Shown here in pieces: positions 34,884 to 42,362 of a stretch of DNA of 42,362 nt. Every line of letters starts with the position of its first letter. The first letter of the stretch is position 1. The notes below the pieces were generated by a model. That model was not told where the DNA came from, made no database searches, and saw only the letters and a list, made by a program, of their open reading frames with translations. The DNA is from a virus (lineage: Duplodnaviria > Caudoviricetes), in the IMG/VR virus record IMGVR_UViG_3300020398_000002, positions 1-42,362 of that record. One strand, written 5' to 3'. The position numbers were made by a program, and so were the translations under genes.

Positions 34884-37124
34884 TTAAGCTACAACGTTCC
34901 CAAATAATCCTCTGTAGTCAGCTATTGTCGTAGCCCACTCATGCCTGATCTTAATGCTCTGAACATCATTGGTGAATGTATCACCTTGTGTCTCATCGTT
35001 CTGAACAAAGAGTTCTGGCTCTTGGTTTCCATTAAGGAATGCTACAGTTATTCCAGCAGCTTGACTTGGATCAGCAGCCAAGTACCAGTTATTTGCATCT
35101 GTCCAAGCATCAACAACAATCAGACCCATACCACTAAATCTTGTTACATCTTCATCATCATCGGTATTAGCGAGAATCTGAGTTATAACCTGACTAGAAG
35201 GCCCAACTATTCTAGAAGCAAGTCCTTCCAGTTCATTTGGTATCAAGAGCCATGCAGGTTTATTTGCGGCTCCAAGAACATCAGCCCCTGCACCAAACTT
35301 TGTCTGTGATCGCATTACTTGATTTGCAGACGAAAGAGTTGCATGAGTAAGAGCCGCTGTACCAATGTTTCCACCATGACCTGCCACAAACAGGTCTTGA
35401 CCTGCATATGTAGTTCCTGCACCTGCATTAGCAGTGAAGTGAGCAAACACACCATCATAAAGAGTTCGAGCGGCAGATCGAGCTAGTTCTTTTGGAACTT
35501 CAGCTATAGCACTAATATTGTCATTCAGTACCAATTCTCTTGTAATCTGGTATGCAATTCCACCACGCTTTTCCATCGTGATGGTTGTCTCTTCATCTGT
35601 AGGATCGGTTAGGTTAGCATAAGCCGCACCTTCGGCAACAACTGCCAGATTAGCAAATCCACCAACTTTGATGTCTCTGTATGCCTGATAGTCATTAACG
35701 CTGATAATCCTAGAAATTTTCTTCCAGTCATCATATTGCGTTATGTTGTCATAGTTTTTCAGAAGTGCTTTGTGCATTCTGTCAGCAGTAACTTCACCCC
35801 AATCTGAGGTATCAAAGGCTTCTGTATATATTCGTTTTACAGCCTCTTCACGCCAAGATGCGTATCCATTACCACCCTTATTCCAAGATTCCCAAACTTC
35901 TTCACGACCAATCTCTAGGGGGTTCTTTCCAGTCCAGTCACAATATGCTTCTGTAAAGGTTCGATAACCATTGATTCGCTCACCACTTGGGAGCTTGATA
36001 CTACGTGAAGTTTCAAAGCTAGCATCAATTCGAGCCAGTTTCTTGTCAGCCTCATCGGTAGCTACTTTACCGCTTTCTTTAGTAATATTTTCGACAGCTA
36101 CTTTGGATACAGATGCAAGATAATCTTTTTCATCTGCAATAGCTTTCTGAACTTGGTCAGCGTTAAAAGATGTTCCAGTAAAGTGAGTTCGTATTCGTTC
36201 CGCAGCTATTTCTGGCAAAGAAGCATTAGTAAGTGCTGAAGTGAGAAGAGTTGCGTTCAACTGTGTAAGTGCCTCAGACACTTTTTCAGCAGTCTTATCT
36301 TCTGCTACTGCTTCAACAGTTACTTCCTCTGCTACTTCCTCGTCCTTTGTAACAGACTCTTTAAATTCTGTTACAGCCTTTGAGGAGGCTTTTGCAAGAA
36401 GTTCCTGCAATCTATCTTCAGACATTTCCATTTCCTTATCCTCCTTCAGAGGGTCTACTTGAATAATTTCTTCCGACTCTGCAACGGCAAGAAATTTGCC
36501 CCCTGCCGCAGGTTCTCTCACTAAATCCACAGAATCGGCTCTTACCAATTGTAAAGCAGTTTCTGTTTTTGAGACTATATCATGTTGCCATCGTCCTTCA
36601 GCAACAATACTAAACCCTACTACTGAATGCAGTACACCTTCGTGATGAAGGTCTAATAGGGTATCTTTAAGTATTGGATCAGAAACATGGAATGTAGCAT
36701 CAAGTCCATCTGGAACTGCATCTACATTCTTAATGAATCCAACGATACTTCTAACTCCACGTTCATGTTGTGCATGATCAGGCCCATTTCCTGCATGAAC
36801 AGGAACACCTTCAAATACACCTTTATCTCTATGAAGTACATTTAAAGGATATGTTCTATTGTTCTTGGAAGTTCCTGCACTAATAATGCGAACACGCCAA
36901 TCACTTGAGGTTCCTTCTATAGGACTAGCTTCAAAGCTAAACATCCTTTTAGTAACCTGATTACTTTCAGTCATTTTTTTGGCTTCTTCTTCTTGTACAT
37001 CAGAATCCTTTAACCTAGCAGTACATACCGCATAAGCGGCAGCTTTTTTATCTTCCCCATCTTTAGGTTTAAAGTCAGGGTCATCTAGTAAAGTTTGTAC
37101 ACAGTCTTCAAGTTCTTTAGGCAA
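34884..37124 (-). CDS. Fused prohead protease-scaffold-major capsid protein
   Basis: GTSKNNRTYP, H, GFSIVAEG, SVDLVREPAAGG protease motifs; acidic helical linker; capsid motifs VAEGAAY, ITRELVLNDN, LLIP, FLNGNQEP, KIRHE...DYRG. Confidence 0.85.
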   Translation of the reverse strand: MPKELEDCVQTLLDDPDFKPKDGEDKKAAAYAVCTARLKDSDVQEEEAKKMTESNQVTKRMFSFEASPIEGTSSDWRVRIISAGTSKNNRTYPLNVLHRDKGVFEGVPVHAGNGPDHAQHERGVRSIVGFIKNVDAVPDGLDATFHVSDPILKDTLLDLHHEGVLHSVVGFSIVAEGRWQHDIVSKTETALQLVRADSVDLVREPAAGGKFLAVAESEEIIQVDPLKEDKEMEMSEDRLQELLAKASSKAVTEFKESVTKDEEVAEEVTVEAVAEDKTAEKVSEALTQLNATLLTSALTNASLPEIAAERIRTHFTGTSFNADQVQKAIADEKDYLASVSKVAVENITKESGKVATDEADKKLARIDASFETSRSIKLPSGERINGYRTFTEAYCDWTGKNPLEIGREEVWESWNKGGNGYASWREEAVKRIYTEAFDTSDWGEVTADRMHKALLKNYDNITQYDDWKKISRIISVNDYQAYRDIKVGGFANLAVVAEGAAYANLTDPTDEETTITMEKRGGIAYQITRELVLNDNISAIAEVPKELARSAARTLYDGVFAHFTANAGAGTTYAGQDLFVAGHGGNIGTAALTHATLSSANQVMRSQTKFGAGADVLGAANKPAWLLIPNELEGLASRIVGPSSQVITQILANTDDDEDVTRFSGMGLIVVDAWTDANNWYLAADPSQAAGITVAFLNGNQEPELFVQNDETQGDTFTNDVQSIKIRHEWATTIADYRGLFGNVVA

Positions 37125-37153
37125 AAGAAATAACTCCTACATAAACAATATCG

Positions 37154-37183
37154 ATTTTAAATTGAAATTAACGTACTTGTCAA
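37154..37183 (-). promoter_or_regulatory. Sigma70-type promoter upstream of the capsid gene
   Basis: TTGACA-18 nt-TAAAAT on the - strand; starts TTGACAAGT like the 8821 promoter. Confidence 0.6.
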
Positions 37184-37189
37184 TCATAA

Positions 37190-38749
37190 CTATATACTAT
37201 TTATTAAATTACGGTCTAGATATGAATAATATGTAAATCCATTTATATCTTCAGACTCAGATGTTATTTTAAATAATTCACTCAAATCTGCATCTATATC
37301 ATATAGACCACGTTTTTCTTTTGGCTCATCTAATCCTGCATCTATTCCACTTAAACCAAGATGTCTAGCAAATACTCTTCTAGCTTCTTCTGTATCCATA
37401 AATCCATTTGATACAGCATCTTTCAATGCTGTGCCAATACTTCTGATTGCAATTGCATTAGCTCTTTGATCTCTGAACGAAACCTCTGGCATACGTAGGT
37501 AAAATGAAGCAGACTCTATAGAAGCAAGAGTAGAATCATTCCTTCTCATATCTTGTCTTAATCTTCCATGAACAATTGCTTGATCTAGGACAAACCTAAA
37601 TATTCTAGACATAATATGAGCAATATACTTTTGTCTCATTTTAAGATGTCTATAAGCAGGTTCGGTCATTTCAGGAGCGGATGCCCTTGATGTTAAAGAT
37701 TCAGCAAACCAGATAGGTGGTAAACCTGCACCTGCAAGAACGTGGTTCTTTAATACGCTAGCAAGACTTGCACTATCCTCTAGCTTTAAGTCTGGAGTCT
37801 GGAAATTCATGCTCACGTTTTCATTGTGTGCAAATCTTTCTCCGGGCTTTAAAGCCTTTTGATTTCTTAACCATTCTTTAATCTGCTGTTCGTTTTTACC
37901 TTGAAGTGTGACATCTAGAACATACTTAGAACTTTCTATAGCTTTCTCTACAGAACTAAACAAAAACTGATCATGTGCATCTATCCAGTCCATATCTGGT
38001 AGAAGGTCTGACCAACCTCTATTAGCAGTCATAGGATTATTAATAGTGAAGAATAAACATGAGCCTGCAATTTGGACTTTGTATTTACGTCCTTCTACAG
38101 GCTCAATTAAATCACCTTTAGAAAAATCTCCGCCTTCTATAGTTCCACAGTTTAATCCAACCAATCTTCCATATTCTTTATGTCCAACAGGCATAGAAGA
38201 AACATCAATAATTTTATATGCTCTACGATAATCTTCTTTAGGCATCTTTCTAAGAATAACTAACTGTTGCTTCATGTTATTCTCAGGATTCTCAACAATA
38301 GTTTCTATAAGTGAAGTATCTATATTTCCAAGAGTGACATGACCATTGTTCTCATTAACATAAACTGGAACGCAAAGCTCTCCAGTTAATCCTAAGTCTC
38401 GAACTCTAGAAAACTGATTGATTGTCCAGTTATTCGTTGGGTCAGTCCAATGAGCATCTAATACTTCTTTTACATTACGATCTTCAGCAACGTATTTAAT
38501 CCCATCGCCAATTACGTATTCTGCTGTGAGATCAATAATACGTTTTGCGATAGGGTTACTCTTATAGAAGTAATGTGCATAGTCAGTAGATTGCTGTTGA
38601 GTTAATGATGGAAGGTTGCGTTCTTTACCAGAACTTCCAAGAGGTTTCCACAAATATGAGTCAGGGTCAGAGTCATTAGAATAAGATATTGCTTCTTCTT
38701 TGACTCCACCAGTTAATACTTGCCATGATTCTCTAACACGTTCAAACAT
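37190..38749 (-). CDS. Portal protein
   Basis: YKSNPIAKRIID...VIGDG, GEL, RGWSDL, AGAGLPPIW; between TerL and capsid. Confidence 0.85.
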   Translation of the reverse strand: MFERVRESWQVLTGGVKEEAISYSNDSDPDSYLWKPLGSSGKERNLPSLTQQQSTDYAHYFYKSNPIAKRIIDLTAEYVIGDGIKYVAEDRNVKEVLDAHWTDPTNNWTINQFSRVRDLGLTGELCVPVYVNENNGHVTLGNIDTSLIETIVENPENNMKQQLVILRKMPKEDYRRAYKIIDVSSMPVGHKEYGRLVGLNCGTIEGGDFSKGDLIEPVEGRKYKVQIAGSCLFFTINNPMTANRGWSDLLPDMDWIDAHDQFLFSSVEKAIESSKYVLDVTLQGKNEQQIKEWLRNQKALKPGERFAHNENVSMNFQTPDLKLEDSASLASVLKNHVLAGAGLPPIWFAESLTSRASAPEMTEPAYRHLKMRQKYIAHIMSRIFRFVLDQAIVHGRLRQDMRRNDSTLASIESASFYLRMPEVSFRDQRANAIAIRSIGTALKDAVSNGFMDTEEARRVFARHLGLSGIDAGLDEPKEKRGLYDIDADLSELFKITSESEDINGFTYYSYLDRNLINSI

Positions 38750-39633
38750 TATATTCTCAGCCCCCTATGGAAAAGACTGCTTCTTCCAGAAAGAGATAAC
38801 ACTCGATCTCTTGATGATTCCTCTTCATGATACAGTTCTTCTGGAGTTTCATCCAGTAATAAATCCAAACTACTTACAGAAGCGGCCTCAACACTTGAAG
38901 TTAGGTTATGAGTAGCAATCCATAACGCATCCAATATATCATCTCGTCCACCTCTAGGGAATGAAGAATATTCCTGTTGGAATTCCCTAAACCCTAGCTC
39001 TGAAGACATATTCATACTATCGCCTCTTCTTTCACCTTTAAATACAATACTTCCATTAGCTATAAAAGGAATAATCGCATCGTAGCGTTGTGCCTTAGAA
39101 CCTTTAGGTGTAACTGTTTCAATAGGCATAGAACCTCTAGGATCATTTCTAGTATTTTCAATTAAGTGTTGGGTTGTAGCTTGCTGTGGCCCATTTGTTT
39201 CTAGGATTACTCTTGATATATTTAATCCTCTGCTACGCCACTTTTGATATTGAGCATGTAAAAACTCAAGATGTTTAGGTGCAGAGATGTTAGCAAATGC
39301 AAAATCAAGAATATAAATTATTCCAGTATTTGGGTCTTTACCTGCTGTGCAATGTCCAAAGTAATCTGCATTACGTCTTTCACTTGTTGCAGGATCACCA
39401 CCTTGAACACCAGTTAAAGTATGAATAGGAGGGATAGTTACGTCATCATAAAAGTGTAACCAATCAACATCAAACTTTACTCCTTTCATTCCACTAGGAT
39501 CATTTTGATATTGAGCATTAAATAATGCAGGTGGCATTGATTTACGTTTTTTCTCTAGCCATTCAAGAGGACGTTGATCCTCCCATAAAACTGAACCATC
39601 TGGTTGAATAGCTTGGTACAATCTAACGCCCAT
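38749..39633 (-). CDS. terL: Terminase large subunit, C-terminal nuclease part
   Basis: LW...FNAQYQNDP, GGDPA, ETNGPQ, SKAQR, FPRGGRDDILDA (RNase H-like). Confidence 0.85.
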   Translation of the reverse strand: MGVRLYQAIQPDGSVLWEDQRPLEWLEKKRKSMPPALFNAQYQNDPSGMKGVKFDVDWLHFYDDVTIPPIHTLTGVQGGDPATSERRNADYFGHCTAGKDPNTGIIYILDFAFANISAPKHLEFLHAQYQKWRSRGLNISRVILETNGPQQATTQHLIENTRNDPRGSMPIETVTPKGSKAQRYDAIIPFIANGSIVFKGERRGDSMNMSSELGFREFQQEYSSFPRGGRDDILDALWIATHNLTSSVEAASVSSLDLLLDETPEELYHEEESSRDRVLSLSGRSSLFHRGLRI

Positions 39634-39754
39634 TGTCTATCTCATAAGGAATAGCATCTTCTTCTGCTTTCCAATACATATACGATCTAATCTTATGAAC
39701 TGCTATAACTGTTGTAGATATAGCAATAATAGAGAGTAGTGTTTTCCACTTCAT
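39623..39754 (-). CDS. 43-aa single-TM peptide between the two terL halves
   Basis: MKWKTLLSIIAISTTVIAVHKIRSYMYWKAEEDAIPYEIDNGR; ATGA overlap with the terL-N stop; overlaps the terL-C start. Confidence 0.5.
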   Translation of the reverse strand: MKWKTLLSIIAISTTVIAVHKIRSYMYWKAEEDAIPYEIDNGR

Positions 39755-40542
39755 GCTGTAGCCTCTATAATTTCTGGATATAAATCTGTATATAGTTTTT
39801 CGGTATCAAATATAGGAATTAATTCTGCATATAAATCATCATAATGAAATCTAGTTCCAAGAAATACTTGTTGTCCTGTAGGTAAGAGCATCGGATCAAA
39901 CGACATCCAGAATTTTGCAGAGACATTATGTCTGCTTGTTTCACTCTGGCTATTCTCAAAAGAAACCACATCATCATATACCTGTAATGTAGATCGACCA
40001 CCTTCAACGCTTGTTGTTATTCCAAATGCCGCAAATGTAGCATCACGCTGTATATTTCCAGATTCCCAAGCTGCTGTTTGATCACGCATCACTTCAAAGC
40101 GATCTGTTTTCCATGTGTAATCATTATTGTTCTCTGGATATAAATTTCCAAACATATCAATGTATCTTTGGTTAAACCTAATACAGCTTTCAATTTTTCC
40201 CATTCGTTCTATAGCTAGACTGATAACTGATGATATGACTTGAACCATCTCTAGGGGATTACGACCAACTTTCCATAAAGGAAAAGATTCAGCGGCTAAA
40301 GCAGTTTTACCATGATTTCTAGGGGCTAGTATGAGTAATGGATTTACATCACTATTATCAGGATTCTCATGACCTTCTTTTAATGTCTCCATTATTTCCC
40401 ATTGGAATTTAGGTAGCTTTTGATTAAAGATATATTCATGAAAATAAGCAGGATGATCATATGCACGTTCTTCAGCAAGGCTTCTTTCTTTCATTCCAGA
40501 TAAAAGAGATATACTTTCCATATCAGCAATTTTTCTAGGCAT
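39751..40542 (-). CDS. terL: Terminase large subunit, N-terminal ATPase part
   Basis: APRNHGKT Walker A, GGRSTLQVYDD Walker B, LGTRFHYDDLY coupling motif. Confidence 0.85.
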   Translation of the reverse strand: MPRKIADMESISLLSGMKERSLAEERAYDHPAYFHEYIFNQKLPKFQWEIMETLKEGHENPDNSDVNPLLILAPRNHGKTALAAESFPLWKVGRNPLEMVQVISSVISLAIERMGKIESCIRFNQRYIDMFGNLYPENNNDYTWKTDRFEVMRDQTAAWESGNIQRDATFAAFGITTSVEGGRSTLQVYDDVVSFENSQSETSRHNVSAKFWMSFDPMLLPTGQQVFLGTRFHYDDLYAELIPIFDTEKLYTDLYPEIIEATA

Positions 40543-41027
40543 TAGACTTCAAGCTCTACATAGCCATTCTTAGTCCACCTATACCAATCTCCTGTACAGC
40601 GACTAAAGGCTTTCTTTCCTTTGCAATTACAGTCTCCTTCTTCTTTAGCCCAAACTCCTTGCTCGTCTTTTTTCCCACCGAAATATGGCCTAGCATGTCC
40701 TTCATCTATAAGCATTTGATTAAAAGACAAGCCATCATTCAACTCTGTATTTAAATAACCAAGAATGCGTCCAAATTTTCCTTTACCCTCTTTAGTAGTT
40801 TCCAGAACTATATATCCTTTATTCTCTTTAACAAGTTCTTTCAATCTAGCTTTACTTTTATTACCTAGAATCTTTTCTCGCTTGTTAGAAGTTCTAGACT
40901 CTGGAGTATCTATACCCATAAGTCTAACCCTTTCACCTCTAATCCACATATGAAATCCAAGATCAACATCTACATCAACAGTATCTCCATCTATTACTCT
41001 TGTAACTTTGACTTTATATTGAAACAC
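40542..41027 (-). CDS. SNase-like (thermonuclease) protein
   Basis: RVIDGDTVDVDVDLGF, RVRLMGIDTPE, GKFGRILG, GHARPYFGG. Confidence 0.9.
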   Translation of the reverse strand: MFQYKVKVTRVIDGDTVDVDVDLGFHMWIRGERVRLMGIDTPESRTSNKREKILGNKSKARLKELVKENKGYIVLETTKEGKGKFGRILGYLNTELNDGLSFNQMLIDEGHARPYFGGKKDEQGVWAKEEGDCNCKGKKAFSRCTGDWYRWTKNGYVELEV

Positions 41028-41680
41028 TATAGTTCTCCTACTCGTTTAATAGCATCAATAGCTTGATCTCTTTGATTGTGTAACTTAAGACAATGAGGAC
41101 ATTCATTACGCAAGACTTGTCCAATAGCAAGTTGGATTTGATTCATATAATCTCTAACCCTTTGTCTCGTTATAGTAGAACCTGCAATCTGAAGGACTTC
41201 ATATTTACGTTTTATACTTGCAGTAATCTTATCTACAAGATTAACAAGGCTTTTAGTTTGAGCATCAATCATTTCAAAGTCAGTTCCAAACTCAAGTATA
41301 TCTAGGGTTTCTTCATCAACAACTTTTTCACCATACTTTTCTACAAGTATCTTTAGCATTGCTCTTAATAGAACTATCTCTCCATCTAAGTTATCTAGCT
41401 CACCTCTTTTTTCTTCATCTTGAAGATGATTCCTAAGACGTTCATTTCGTGCTATCCCAGAATAGATCACTCTTCCTTTATTAGGTAAAGCAATCTCCAT
41501 TCTTTCTTCAGAGTCATGATACTTACATGGGCCATATCCAACATGATCTGTTCCCCAACCTGCACTAAAGCGACATATACCACTTAACTTTTTTCCACGA
41601 CCACATATTGGATCACCTTCTTCTGAAAGTTGTGGATCACCATAATGTTCTTCTAGCTCCGAAAGTGTTTTATTAGCCAT
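41027..41680 (-). CDS. Putative terminase small subunit
   Basis: ICG...C...AGWGTDHVGYGPCKYH Zn-like motif plus helical LDGEIVLLRA; upstream of terL. Confidence 0.6.
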   Translation of the reverse strand: MANKTLSELEEHYGDPQLSEEGDPICGRGKKLSGICRFSAGWGTDHVGYGPCKYHDSEERMEIALPNKGRVIYSGIARNERLRNHLQDEEKRGELDNLDGEIVLLRAMLKILVEKYGEKVVDEETLDILEFGTDFEMIDAQTKSLVNLVDKITASIKRKYEVLQIAGSTITRQRVRDYMNQIQLAIGQVLRNECPHCLKLHNQRDQAIDAIKRVGEL

Positions 41681-41687
41681 AGTATCC

Positions 41688-42362
41688 TTATTGTGTAGCA
41701 GGTTCTGCTATTGTTACTTCTACGTTATCACTAATGGTCATGTTAGCTGCTGTGACGTTTGTTGCTATAACAAATTCTTTGGTAGCGAATCCATTTCCTT
41801 GTCCGATTTCATTCAATTCAATTCGCATAGTTCCAACATTCATCTTAGAAAGGACACACTCGCCCCCTTTAGTTAATAAATTGCTTAACTTCAATGTACC
41901 TACTTTACCGTTTACACCTGACGTTGGGGCTTGAATCCAGATACGGTCATATGTACCACCTGAAGTTACCATAGCATCTGCTTGATGATGTCCGCCGCCT
42001 ATGGCTCGCATCCTGCTTGTACCCGGAGAAGGTGCTATTGACTGTCCATCCGAGGCATTGCCTATAACTATGAGCGTATGGGCTTGTATGTCAGTTAAAG
42101 TGAGTTTCTTACACCTACTCTTCTCAAAGATCAATTCACCGACTTCAAGTCGAGTTCCTGAAAATGAAGGGCTAGATGTAGTTGGGTTCCCACTAATCTG
42201 AACAACATTTTGTTCTCCTGAAGGTAATGCTGATCCTGTAAATGCCGTACCCACGCTAACATTCTCTATAGTTATTTCTCGTACTGGAGTATTGCCTAAA
42301 TCAATTCTAAGAGTATTTTGTTTCTCATCTGTAAAATAAGGTAAGTCCATAGGAGCTTCATA
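41688..42362 (-). CDS. C-terminal beta-rich half of the origin-spanning membrane protein (starts at 776)
   Basis: In frame with 776..1 across the circular junction; beta-helix-like short repeats. Confidence 0.8.
   Translation of the reverse strand, partial: YEAPMDLPYFTDEKQNTLRIDLGNTPVREITIENVSVGTAFTGSALPSGEQNVVQISGNPTTSSPSFSGTRLEVGELIFEKSRCKKLTLTDIQAHTLIVIGNASDGQSIAPSPGTSRMRAIGGGHHQADAMVTSGGTYDRIWIQAPTSGVNGKVGTLKLSNLLTKGGECVLSKMNVGTMRIELNEIGQGNGFATKEFVIATNVTAANMTISDNVEVTIAEPATQ
42286..42362. repeat. Terminal direct repeat (copy 2)
   Basis: Identical to 1-77. Confidence 0.95.

Noticed and set aside
3417-42201. Numerous short antisense or nested ORFs in the track (e.g. 3417, 10484, 16366, 25196, 30710, 34941, 36241)
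   Set aside because: They overlap longer motif-bearing genes on the operon strand and lack SD sites or motifs

Overview
Complete, circularly assembled ~42.3 kb AT-rich tailed dsDNA phage genome (Caudoviricetes, siphovirus-like gene set). Bases 1-77 are identical to 42286-42362. It has two convergent arms. The + strand arm (1.5-19.8 kb) carries small early hypothetical genes, then a replication/recombination module (RuvB-like AAA+, HTH/RHH regulators, DinG/XPD-like helicase, Cas4-like nuclease, Sak4/AAA_24-like ATPase, ERCC4/XPF nuclease, MazG-like). The - strand late arm runs from 1369 across the origin to 19802 (membrane proteins, TerS, SNase, split TerL, portal, fused protease-capsid, head-tail, tail tube, chaperones, tape measure, tail fibres, holin-like peptides). 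The standout is a stand-alone Cas7/RAMP-family gene (16594-17295) followed immediately by a ~525 bp non-coding array. The array has 14 short TGWAG-WCRAG anchors at 28/33/38(+1) nt spacing, and its variable parts are built from phased (T/C)GNNN pentamers. This is a candidate minimal RNA-guided system that is not a canonical CRISPR (no cas1/2/5/6, no long direct repeats). Other notable signals: a strand-polarised TCTAGG motif across the whole genome, two covarying pseudoknot motifs, a structured intergenic RNA candidate, and a terminase split by a small membrane ORF. No integrase, DNA polymerase, primase, endolysin or tRNA was recognised. All family calls are motif recognition by eye and all counts are manual.
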